Source: Parvularia atlantis (Eukaryota). Taken from it: a stretch of DNA of 41,541 nucleotides. Positions within the stretch are counted from its first letter, which is position 1; the number at the start of each line of letters is the position of its first letter. The stretch is from assembly GCA_943704415.1 (NCBI GenBank), contig CALSCO010001424.1:1-41541 (forward strand), given 5' to 3'. The translations under genes were made by a program, and so were the position numbers. Positions 9,328-21,136 of the stretch are shown here, piece by piece. Under the pieces are notes generated by a model. That model searched no databases and was not told the DNA's origin. It worked only from the letters and a program-made list of their open reading frames with translations.

Positions 9328-12300
9328 ATGTCGATCCACAGCTACGTTGTGAGCGCGCAGAAGCCGACGGCGACCAACGTGCGCGCCCGCTGCCGCCACC
9401 GCCGCCACTAGGGCAGCCCACGTGAGCGCGCGCGGCGCAGGCCGCCGTGACGGGCGCGTTCACGGCCGCGGGCGACCGCAACCTGCTGGTCGCCAAGTAC
9501 AACCGGGTCGAGGTGTACGTGATGACGCGCGAGGGCCTGAGCCTCGCGTGCGAGGTGCCGTTCAACGCGCGCATCGCGGCCGTGCACCTGTTCCGCGCGC
9601 AGGTGCGGCGCCGCGCGCTGTTCGGTGCGGGTGACGGCTGATGCCGCGCCATCCCGCCCGCGGCACGCGCAGGGCCAGGACAAGGACTGGCTGCTCGTGT
9701 GCACCGAGCGGCACCAGTTCGCCGTGCTCTCGCACGACCCCGACAAGCGCCAGGTCAAGACGGTGGCCGCGGGCACGGTGCGGCGCGGCGTCCGTGCGGC
9801 GGCGGCCGGCTGCTGACGGCAGTGGCGGTGGCGGCGGCGGCGGCGGCGCGCCCCCCTCAGACCAAGAACGACGTCGGACGCCCCACGCCCGGGGGCCTGC
9901 TCTCCGCCGTTGACCCCGACGGCCGCCTGTTTGTCGTTCACGAGTACGTCGGCATGCTCAAGGTGCGCACGGCAGCGTGGCGGCGCACGTAGACGCTCAG
10001 ACGACGGCGCTCAGGTCGTCCCGATGGACAAGACCGGGCGGCTGCAGGAGGCCTTCACGCTGCGGTGCGGCGCGTCTCCCCGTGTGCGCCCAAATGCTCA
10101 CGCTGCTGCTGCGCGCTGCGCCAGGCTGGACGAGCTCAACGTCGTCGCGATCGACATGCTGCACGGCTGCCCGCGGCCAACGATCGCCGTGCTGTACCAG
10201 GTGTGCAAAGCGCGGGCGGCGTCGGGTAGCGCACGCGACGCTCACCGCCCCGTCGCGCCGCGCAGGACACGAAGGACGAGCGCCACCTGAAGACGTACGA
10301 GTGCTCGGTCGCGGACCGTGCGCTGGTCGAGGGCCCGTGGAAGTTTGACAAGATCACGAGCGACTCGCTGCTCATCCCTGTGCCAAAGCCCGCGGGCGGC
10401 GTCGTCGCAGTGGGCCCGCAGAGCATCACGTACGGCAAGGGCCAGACGAGGCTGTCGATCATGATCACGCCCGGCGAGGTGCGTGCGCACTCGTCCGCGG
10501 TTGCGTCGTCGGTGCTGACCCGCCATGCGCGCAGATCGTCGCGCACGGCATTGTCGACGCAGACGGCCGACGCATCCTCTTGGGTGACAGCAACGGCTCG
10601 CTCAGCGTGCTCACGCTCACGATCGAGAACGGCAACGTGGTCAAGCTCGACCTGGAGAAGCTCGGCACCGTGCGCGCTCGACCTGCCTGCACGCACCCGC
10701 TCACGCATGCGCATGATGAACAGACGTCGCGGCCGTCCTGCCTGTGCTACCTCGCCAACGACGTCGTCTACGTGGGCTCAAACGGGGGCGACTCGCAGCT
10801 GATCAACCTGAGGCAAGGCTCTCAGTGCTCGCGTGCACGCCTTCTTCGCGTTTACCGTGTCGCTTGCACAGGCAAGAGCCTGGCGAGGACGGCAGCAAGG
10901 TGCAGCTGCTTGAGGTGTACACCAACATCGGGCCGATCGTCGACTTTGCCATGATCGACCTCGAGCGCCACGGACAGGCACGCCCGTTGCACGCGACTCG
11001 TCGCTGCTGCTGACGGCGCCTGCAGGGCCAGATGATCACTTGCTCCGGCATCGGCAAGGACGGCTCGCTGCGCGTCGTGCGCAGCGGCGTCGGCATCAAC
11101 GAGGCCGCCTCCATTGAACTGCCCGGCATCAAGGGCATCTGGCCGCTGCGCGCGTCGTCCGCGAACGAGTGTGTCGCCGCACCCGCCGCGTGCAGGCCAG
11201 GGCTCACCGTCGCGCACGCAGTGCCGACTCGATCCTCGCCGTGTCGTTCATCGGCCAGACGCGCTTCCTGGCCTTTGACGGCGATGACCCCGTCGACTCG
11301 GACATCGCCGGCTTCACGACCGAGGAGCAGTCGCTGCTCTGCGCCAACCTGCGCGACGATCTCCTTGTGCGCATCGCATATGGCCGCTGTGTTTGGCCCG
11401 CTGACTCTGTGGCGGTGCACCCAGGTGCAAGTCACGGCCGCGGGCGTGCGCATCGCCGACAGCAAGACACACGCCTCGCTCGACCTCTGGTCGCCGCCCG
11501 GTGCGCGTGCTGGCAATGCACGCGACGGTGTGCGTGGGCTGACGCGCGTTGCCGTGCGCCGCCGCAGCCGGCGTGCAGATCTCGTTTGCGTGCGCGACCG
11601 CGTCGCAGCTGCTGCTGGCGACCACCGGCGGCCACGTCGTGTACCTCGAGGCGCAGAGCAAGCGGCTGCGGGAGATGCGGTGAGACAGCGGCCGCGTGCG
11701 TGCTGCGCGCGGTCGTTATTGACGCGCGCATCGTACAGGACAACAAAGCTGCCATCGGAGATTTCGTGCATGGACGCTGGCCCCGTGGGCGCGGACGGCC
11801 GCGCCGACATCTGCGCGATTGGCCTGTGGGCTGACATGTCTGTGCGGCTGCTGCGCCTGAGCGACTTTCACGAGCTGACGAGCGAGCACATGGGCGGCGG
11901 TGCGCGTCTCAAAGTACAAGCGTGCGGTGCTCATGCGGGCGCGCTCGGCAGACTACATCCCGCGCTCGGTGTCGCTCACGGCGTTCGAGAAGCAGGCGTA
12001 CATGCTCGTCGGCCTGGGTGCGCGCCGCGTGCGCCTTGTCGATGCGACGCGGGCGGCTCATGCGGCCGGCTCATGCGGCCGGCGGACGCAGGCGACGGCC
12101 AGCTGTGCACGTTCCAGGTCGACCCGACGTTGGGCGCGCTGAGCGAGCGGCGCAAGGTGGCGGTCGGGACACAGCCGATCTCACTCAACACGTTCAAGAC
12201 AGCCAAGGTGCGCAAAACAGCGCAAGATGCGTGAAACTCACGCGCTCTCGCAGGCCAAGCACGTCTTTGTGGCCACCGACCGTCCGACAATCGTGCACGA

Positions 12301-14387
12301 GTCCAACGGCAAGCTGCTCTTTGCAAACCTGAACGCCAAGGTGCGCCCGGTGGTGCCGGCAGCGCATGCAATGGCCGCTGCTGAGTGTGCGCGCGTGCAG
12401 GACGTCAACTTTATGGCGCCGTTCAGCTCCGAGGCGTTTGCCGACTCGATCGCGGTCGCCAGCGACTCGGGCCTGACGATCGGTGCGCGCGGGACGGCGA
12501 CAACAGCTGGGGGCTGACGTGCTGCGGGGCGCGCGGCAGGCACGATCGACGGCGTGCAGAAGCTGCATATCCAGACCGTGCCCCTGGGCGAGGAGCCGCG
12601 GCGGATCGCGTACCAGGAGTCGTCGCTGACGCTTGCGGTCGGCACGGTCGCGGTGCGTGCGCGCGTGGGTGCATTTGTGGCGACTGACGTTTCCGTGCCA
12701 GCCTTCCGATAGCACCAGCATGGACAATTCGGAGGTCGGCAGGGTGCGGCTCATCGACAGCCAGACGTTTGAGAGTGCGGCGCAAGCGGCCGACGCACGG
12801 TCGCTGACGCCCACGACGGCGCGCCAGTGCTCGACACGCTCCAGCTGGATGCCGACGAGCACGTCACGTCCGTTATGTCAAAGACGTTTGAGAACGGCGA
12901 CGCGCTGTACATCGTCGGTGCGCGGCCGCCCAGCCTACCGCGCGCAGCGGTTGGGGTCTGACGGCACGGGCGCGCAGGATCGGCGTTTGTGCTGCCGAAC
13001 GAGGACTTCCCGACGCATGGGCGCATCCGTGTGCTGCAGACGAACGAGGCGCGCAAGCTGCGACCCGTTGCGAGCACCGACGTTAAGGGCGCCGTGTACT
13101 CGCTCGCGCCTCTCAGCGGCAACAAGATCGTGGCGGGCATCAACAGCTCGGTGCGCAGGCGTGCTCGCCCAACCTTTGTGCAGGCTCACGTGCCCGCCGC
13201 GGCGCAGGTGGCCGTGTACGACTGGTCGGAGCCGGCGCTGACGCGCGAGTGTGACGTGCACGCTTTCGTGTACGTGCTCGGCGTCAAGACGCGCGGCGGT
13301 GCATGCGCACGTGCGCGGCATGCGCGGCAGTCGGCTGACGGCGCCGCACAGACTTTGTCGTTGCGGGCGATCTTCTCAAGTCCGTGACAATGTACCGCTA
13401 CAAGGCCGAAGACAAGGCGCTGGAGGAGGTGCGCGGCGTCAATGCCTGCTGCGCGCGGCTGAACGCGTCCTCAGATCGGGCGCGACTCGAACCCGGTATG
13501 GACGACGACGTTCGACATCATCGACGACGAGACGTGCGCACATCGCCCCTAGCCGGCTTGGGCCATGAGGCTGACACGTGGCGCGCCGCCAGGATCATCG
13601 TCGCCGACAATGACTACAACCTGTGCACGCTCAAGAAGAACGTCGACTCGATCGCGCCCGAGGAGTCCAACAGGCTCGAAGTGGCCGGGCTGTTCCACTT
13701 TGGCGACCAGATCAACCAGTGCCGCGAGGGTGCACCTGCGGCGGCTCGTCGCGCCTCCCACGGCCGCCTGACGTGCCTGCCGCCGCCCGCCAGGCTCGCT
13801 GGTCATGAAGTCGCTCGAGCAGGACGGGACGCCGACGCCGACGCGCATGTTTGTGACGGTCTCGGGCGCGATCGGCGTGATCGCGTCCGTCTCGCAGGTG
13901 CGCACGGCAAGCGGCGGCGGCTGGTGCTGCAGAACGCTCACGCGCGGCGTCGCTGCAGGAGCGGTACACGTTCTTCAAGCGCGTGCAGGACAACATGTCG
14001 CGCGTGATCCACGGCGTCGGCGGCTTTGAGCACGCGACGTGCGTAGTTGCCGCGTCTCGTCCGTGCGGGGCTCGCGGCTGACGACGAAGGGGCAGCTGGC
14101 GCAATTTCAACAGCGAGTACCGCTCGCCCGACGCCTTCAACTTCCTCGACGGCGACCTGATCGAGCAGTACCTGCTGCTGGACGAGCCGTACAAGGAGGT
14201 GCGCCGCCGCCGCGCGTTGTCTTTGGCTGAGCGTGCGCGCGATTGCCAGGCGGTTGTGACGGGCCGCGCCGTGACGAACGACCACGGCGGGCCGGCCGGC
14301 GAGGGCGCGGCGAAGGGCGGGCAGCCGCTGCCCAAGACGGCGGCGGAGCTGACGCGGGAGATCGACGAGCTCGCGCGGCTGCATTGA
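9328..14387 (+). CDS. DDB1: DNA damage-binding protein 1 (CUL4 adaptor), more than 30 introns
   Basis: [72 protein letters not shown], terminal ELARLH TGA. Confidence 0.96.
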
Positions 14388-14452
14388 TGAGCAGTGTGTG
14401 TGTGCTGTCATCAAAAATCCGTGACAGCGCTCGGCGGCTGCTGCTGCTGGAG

Positions 14453-15583
14453 ATGGCCCACGCCCACGACTGCTCCTGCGGCGCCGACTGCGCGTGCCCG
14501 CCCGGCCAGTGCGAGTGCGGTGCGCCGTCGACGTCGCCGCGCGCGGCCGAGACGCACGCCGCCGACTGCGGCTGTGGCGCGGGATGCCGCTGCCCGGCCG
14601 GCCAGTGCCGCTGCCGCGTCGGCCGCGCCATCAAGCTCTACTACTTCGACATCCGGTGCGGCGCGTGCCGTCGTCCCCTCGTCGGCTCGCTCACGTCGCG
14701 CGGCACCACACGGGCAGGGGCCTCGCCGAGGCCGCGCGGCTGCTCCTCGCCGCCGCCAAGGTGCCGTACGAGGACGTGCGCCTCGCGTCGGCCGACGAGC
14801 TCAAGCAGAGCGGCAAGCTCGCCTACGACCAGGCGCGGCGCCCGCTCGCCTGCGGGGATCCCCGCGCCGGCCGTGCTGACGACGGCAAACGACGCGCAGC
14901 TGCCGCTGCTCGAGTACGACGGCCACCTCATCGTCCAGAGCCAGGCCATCTATCGCTTCCTGGCGCGGCAGTACGGTGCGCACCGCGGGTGCTGGGCGAT
15001 GCGGGTGCTCAGCCGCGCCGCCGCCCCTCACAGGCTTCTACGGCAAGAACGCGATCGAGGCCGCGCACATCGACCAGGTCATCGAGGTGCGGCTCGGCGC
15101 GAGCCCAGCGACGCAGGGCACATACCGCAACGACGCGCGCAGGGCTTCAACGACATCCGCGCCAAGTTCGGCCCGATCCGCAGCATGCCCGACGGCGACG
15201 CCAAGAACGAGGCCAAGACCGCGTTTGAGCGCGAGATGCTGGCCATCTGGCTCGGGTGCGAGCGCGAGACGGCGTGAGCCGGCGCAGCCGTGCTCACCCC
15301 GCGTGCACGCAGCCACCTCGACAAGCTCCTGCTCAAGAACAAGAACGGCACGTCGTTCTTCGTCGGCGACCGGGTGCGACCATCCTCGGCTCGCTCGCAG
15401 CACTCTGAGCGCAACGCGCGCCGCACGCAGCTCTCGCTCGCCGACATCTACACGTTCAACGTGCTCGACTCGTTCAAGGACTTCTTCCCGAGCATGCCCA
15501 GCTACGCGCCGAACTTGCAGAAGCTCGCCGAGCGCGTGGCCGAGCAGCCGGGCGTGAGGGAGTGGCTGGCCGTGCGCGGGTGA
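14453..15583 (+). CDS. Glutathione S-transferase (Tyr-type, sigma-like) fused to an N-terminal metallothionein-like Cys-rich domain; 7 exons
   Basis: Exon 1 reads MAHAHDCSCGADCACPPGQCEC...HAADCGCGAGCRCPAGQCRC-RVGRAIKLYYFDIR, then |GLAEAARLLL, DQ|LPLLEYDG..IVQSQAIYRFLA, FFVGDR|LSLADI. TGA at 15581-15583. Confidence 0.9.
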
Positions 15584-15648
15584 CGGGCGCGGGGTGACGG
15601 GCGCGGCTGTGTCGGCTGCATGATGTGCGCAATGGCAATGCTCGCTCA

Positions 15649-18322
15649 TCAGTACTCGTTGGCCATGTGCTCGGCCAGCTCCTCCGCGGTCATCACTCGC
15701 CTGCACGCGAGCAGTAAGTGTTGCACGCGGAGCCTGCGCAGGCGGCGCACCGGACGACTTCTGAGGCCGCAGCCGCGACCGTCTGGCGTGTTGGTGCGGC
15801 CTGGGTCTGCGCTGCCACCTGCGTTTGCGCGGCTTGCATCTGCACGGTCTGTGTCACCGCGGCCTGTGTTTGAACCACGGCGGCTTGCGCCACTGGGGCT
15901 TGCGTCTGCGTCTGTGCCACGGCGGCTTGCGTCTGCGTCTGCGCCACGGTAGCGGCTTGCGTCTGCACGGCGGCCGGCTGGGCCGCTTGAATCTGCGCAC
16001 CCACCTGAGCTGCCTGGGTTTGCACCGCTACCTGGGCCACCTGGGCCGCTTTGGGTGGAGCCAGCGTGGCTGCCTGCAGCGAGGGCAGGCGGCTCGGCTG
16101 CATGGGCGGCTCAACAAGGCCCTCCACCCGCGCGCACGGGCGGGCGCAGAGCGTGTGCCAGGGCTGCGCGGCGCGCGTGAGCAGCTCGCGCGCACACTGA
16201 GCAGCGGCTCAGGCCCACCTTGGCCTTCACGTTCAGGTACGCGTGCTTGGGCGACTCCTTGTAGATGGCCTCGTTGATCGGTGCGCCACACGTGGCCGTC
16301 GCCGCGCACTCGTACGACCACGGCGCGTTGGTGTCGTGCTCGCGCAGATCCTTGTACCGCGCCATGAAGATCTGCAGCGCAAAGCTGTACAGCTCCTGCG
16401 GTGCGCGTGCGCGCATCAGCAACGCCGCCCAGCACGGCCGCATGCCGCACCTGATCGAGCCGGTTGTGCTGCCGGATCAGCTCGACCTCGGCTGCCGTCG
16501 GCGTGATGGTCGTGCGCACGATCGTCGTGATCTGCCCGCGCGCGCGCAGAGCAGAGCACTCAGCAGGCGAGCCAGCGCGGGCGGGGCGCACGTACGCACC
16601 TCGTCAAACTTGTCAAACGGCACACGCAGCACCTTGTTGAGCATCAGGAACGACTTTTCGACCTCCTCGGCGATGCCGACAAAGTGCATGCGCCGCAGCG
16701 CCTCCTTGGCCGACTCGAGCACCGTCTGAGCGCCCGGGTGAGCACGCAGCGCGTCGGCACAAGCGGGGCGCACCTGCCCAAACTCGTCCGACGTCAGCAC
16801 GGGGTCGTTAAGCTCGAGGCCGGGCGCCACGCCGATCGTGTACGTCTGGCGGTTGTTTGGCGACTCTGCGCCGGCCGCGCGGCGTGAGCGCTGCGCTGGG
16901 ACGGGGCGCGGCCACCCTGAGCCACGCACTCGACGAGTGCTTGTGCAGGACGTACTCGAGCAGTGACATGGTGCCGTTGGCCATGCGCAGCTTGAGCTCG
17001 AGGTCCTCGCAGTTGGAGTGGTTGCAGTCGAACGACGGTGCGCCCGAGGCTGTGGTGGGCTCGATCACGCGCTTGAGGCCCGCCTCGTACTCTGCGTGCA
17101 TGCGCGTCAGCCGGCGGCACAGGCGCGTCAACGACCGAACGACGCACCGGCCAGCACGCGCGTCACGGGATCGCGCAGGATCGTCCCGAACGCGTGGCAC
17201 GTGAGCCCCCGCGCGCGCTGCGCCTGGCCGTCAGCAGCGTGCACGACGCACGGCGCGCCGCCGCACCGTCTTATGGTACTCCTCCAGCAGCGACATGAGC
17301 GAGCGGTGGCCCGCCGGCGGGATGACGCGCACGTCGGACACACGTCGGAGGATGTTCTCGCACGTGCGGCCGTTGGCTGCGTGCGCGTGCCGCGTTGGTG
17401 AGCCTGGGCCTGAAGAGTGCGCACGTCGCGCCACGCACCCTCCTGCGGCTGCGCAAACCAGAAGTGCAGCGGGTCCGTCGTGCCGCTGCACTGCATGGGC
17501 GCCGGCAGCTTGTCGAAGGGCGTGGCGAGGGCCGGCATCAGGTCCGGCACGGGCTTGGCCTGCACCGCGCGCGCGCACGGAGGGGGCCATCAGCACGGTG
17601 CATCGACGTGCGCGCGGAAGGCCCGCACCTTGGGCACGGTCGCGGCAGGAGGTGATACGGTCGCGACGACGACGGCCGCCGCCGGCTGCTGCTGCTCGTT
17701 GCGCATCGCCCGCGCCGCATCGCGCTCGGCCTCCTCTTGCGCAAGCGCCCGCAGCCGCTCCGCGCCGTCGGGCCCGTCGTACGGGTTCGCGCCGTTCTGC
17801 CGCCGTGCCGCGCGTCACGCACATCATTCAACGCGACAGACGTACCCGCGACCCGCCCGTCTCGACTGCCGCGCCGGCCGCGCCGCCCGCCACCGCTAGC
17901 AGATCCACGTCCCTGCGCTGCCACGGCGCCCCCGCCGCGCCGTCCGCCTTGCCCGCGCCGTCGGGCTGCGCGCCGCCCGTGTCGCCGCGTGGCACGTTGT
18001 TGTCCCCGCTCGCGCTCGCACCCGTGAGCACCGGGAGGAGCGGATCCAGCGTGCCCGTGACGGCGCCCGCGGCCCCCTGCGCACGGCGGCGGCCGTGCCC
18101 GTGGCGGCCCGGGCGCAGGACGGCGAGCACGAGGTACGACAGGGTCGCGACCACGAGGACGAAGCCGACCATGCGCACGACGGGCGAGCGCGCGAGGCGG
18201 ATGCGGAGGCTGCGCAGCGTCGTGCCCAGGTCGCCCGGGCCACTGCCCGCGCCCCCACCGCCGAGCGTGCTGCCGACGCTGACGGGGCGCTTGCGGCCGG
18301 CCGCGGGCGTCGCGCCGAGCAT
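15649..18322 (-). CDS. Type II membrane sulfotransferase-like protein (HS6ST/plant TPST-like fold) with degenerate PAPS motifs
   Basis: N-terminal TM VGFVLVVATLSYLVLAVL; TILRDPVTRVLA|EYE, NNRQ, LESAKEALRRMHFVGIAE, HNRLDQ|ELYSFALQIF. Q/T/A-rich tail; ends EHMANEY TGA. Confidence 0.8.
15795..16050 (-). repeat. Coding QTQAA-type imperfect tandem repeats (mucin-like tail)
   Basis: Translation VQTQAAQVGAQIQAAQPAAVQTQAATVAQTQTQAAVAQTQTQAP... Confidence 0.8.
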
Positions 18323-18382
18323 TTGCGCGACGAGGAAACGTGGGACCGCTTGAAACACATGTCGCGCTCCACGTTTCACTTT

Positions 18383-20652
18383 TCAGCGTGCGGGCGCCGT
18401 GGCCGGCCCGGACGACGCCAGGCGCGCGCGCCGCTGCGTCTCCAGCAGGCGCAGGTACTGCCAGCGGGCGGGCGACAGACCGGACTCGCCAAAGCTGAGC
18501 GCGGCGAGGCTGGCGGCGCGGGTGAGCACGTGCCGCACGCAGAATGAGGGCGCGCACCGCGCCATCGTCAAGCGCAGGTACAGGTCCTGCTGCGTCATCT
18601 TGGGCTCGTGGTTGGCCGCGGCCTGCTGGCGCTGGCTCACAAAGTCGTCCTCGACAAACTGCGCGCGGGGCGGCCAAGTGTCGGCTCGTGCACCACGGCA
18701 CACGTGGCCGCACCTTGCTCACGTCCTCCTCGATCGCGTACGGCGCCTGGCGCGCCACGGCAAGGTACAGCCGCGCGCGGTCGAAAAAGTCGGGCGCGGG
18801 CAGCATCATCGCCTCGGAGGGCAGGGGCACGTGCGACTGCAGCGGCACCACGCAGTCGACCTGCGCGCGCACAGTTGAGGGGGAGACGATGCGAGCGGCG
18901 CGCGGCCAGCGCACCGGCATCATAGAGCGACCCTCGGAGAGCACGATGGCCGGCGCGTCTAGCTCAAACTCGAGCGCCTGGAAGGGGATGTCGTACGTGA
19001 CCGTCTGTGCCTCGATCACCTGCCGCACGGCCTGGATATTGATCAGGCCGAGCGCCTCGAGCTTGCCCTCGTGCAGCGCCGTCTCGTCCACGAGCATGTG
19101 CGTGCCGTTGCTCAGCTGCAGCGCCGTGGCCTGCAGGCGGCCGAGGTTGGCGTCGCGCGAGGGCTGCAGCTGCGCGCGTAAGAACGTCAGCAAACGATGC
19201 ATGCAGTAGGCCCGCGTCGGCCCACCCGGCTGCCGTTGAGGAACGTGAGCGAGAGCGGGAGCACGCAGCTCTTGGGCACGAGCGCCGACACAGCCGCGTG
19301 CAGCGACGCGCCAAAGGGGCTGCAGCCTGCTCGGCACGCCGTCAGGGCGAGGCGCGGCGACGCCTGCCAGCGCAAGACGCACGCGACGCGCTGCTGGGCG
19401 CGGCGGCGGGTGCGCGCGGACAGCCCGCGAGGTTGAGGCTGAGGCGGCCCAGATGCGTCACGTCCACGCGCTTGTACCTGACCGTGCCGCGCGTTGAGAC
19501 CACGCCACGTGCACACGCTCGCGGGAGGACGCACACGTTCGAGAGCAGGTTGAGCAGCATGAACTCGGCCGCGAGCAGGTCGCCGCCGAGCACGGACGCG
19601 AGGTACTGCACGACCATGGGGCGCACGAGCGTGGCCTGCGCGAGCGTCTGCTGGGCGACCACTGCGCGCGAGTGCAGCGATGAGCCGTTGCGCACACAGC
19701 GGCTACAAGTCGCGCGGCGCGCACGTGGCTGGTCAGCCCAGGGGTTCTCGGTCGGCAGGAGCGGGTTGTTGTGGCCAAGGCGCGCAAACGCGATGCTGTG
19801 CACGCGCGGGATGAGCGCGGACGGGTGGCCGGCCATGAACTCGCGCAGCAGCAGCTCCTGCATGGACGCGACGCTGCGAGCGCGTGAGATGCCCCGGTGT
19901 GCAGCGTGCGCGGCCGGCGACGCACTCGTTCGGCACGGCGTGGCTGCTGCTGCCACCGAGCGAGCCGCCGTCGAACGTGAGCACGCCGAAAAACTCGACG
20001 ACCTCGTTCAGCTTGAGGCCGTGCGCGCCGTGGTACACCTGGTGCGCCCCGCCGCGCATCAGCTGCCGGGGCCGAGCCGCGCAGCACACGGCGCACGCGC
20101 CTTGACGACGCAGTTGGGCTGCGTGGTGCTCGAGAGCGGGTGCCGCAGATCGCCCTGATGGCCAACGGCGGCCATCGTCATCGTCGTCGCTGCACCGTCG
20201 CTCTGCTGCCGCGAGCGCTTCGAGGCGGACGACGGCGCGTCGTCTGCGCGCGCGCACGGTTGTCAGCGATGTGCCGCCGGTCTCGGGTGGGCGCGGAGGC
20301 CGCACCGGTCTCCATCTCCGCTGCCTCGTCGCCGTCGCCGTCGCCGTCGCCATCGACGTCGACGGGGCGCTTGCCGCTGGCCGGCGCGGCGCCGTCGAGC
20401 CCGGGGACGGGCGGGTGCTGCGCCGCGAAGCCCGCGGCGGCCCAGGGCGTCTCGGCCGGGACGGGCACGCAGTAGAGCACGTGGCGCTCGTGGGTCGCCG
20501 TGTGCGGCGAGTCGTCCCTCACGGCGCCCTGTGCAAACGTCACGCCTCACGGCCACTGGAGGCGCGTCGTGTGTCGCGCGCACCTCGGCCGCGTCCTGGT
20601 ACAGCCCGCAGACGACCTGCGCCGCCGCCGCCGTGAGCCGCCGCGCACCGCG

Positions 20653-20686
<34 letters not shown>

Positions 20687-21072
20687 CACGCGGCCCGACG
20701 GCGCCAGCTCGTACACGCCCAGGAAGTACTCGGGGTCGAGCATGTCCTGCACCATGCAGCGCACGCGCACGAGGCTGTTGGGCCGCAGCAGGTGCAGCGG
20801 CGTGTGCGCCAGCGACGGGATCTGCGCGCGAAGGCCTGCCGTGAGACTCCCTCCACCGGGCCGGCCGCGTGGCCCTCACCCGCTGCCGCGCCGCCGCGTC
20901 GGCGAACGTGCGCGCGAAGAGCCCGTGCGCGCGCGCCGCGAGCGTGTCGGCCGCGCCCGGGTCGGCCTCTGCCGCGGCGCTCAGCGAGGGGGGCGGCGGG
21001 CGCGTGGGGGCCCGCACCGAACAGCGCCTGCACCACGCGAAGCGGCTCGTTCACCAACGCCTCTGCGTCCAT
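18383..21072 (-). CDS. MCMBP: Mini-chromosome maintenance complex-binding protein
   Basis: [98 protein letters not shown]. Confidence 0.93.
20656..20685. repeat. (AGC)10 microsatellite inside an MCMBP intron
   Basis: Ten perfect agc units lying between a GTGCG donor and a CTCAC/CAG acceptor on the minus strand. Confidence 0.9.
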
Positions 21073-21136
21073 CTCTGCTAAAGTCTCGCTCTCACACCAC
21101 CGCGCAGCGCGCGAGCCGCCACTAGCACTCTCACTG

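Noticed and set aside
14385..14452. TGATG overlap: an ATG at 14387 overlaps the DDB1 stop and is in frame with the MT-GST ORF, suggesting stop-restart coupling
   Set aside because: The extra 22 codons look like UTR (GT repeat, A-run) and no other gene pair shows this coupling, so chance is more likely. Not formally excluded.
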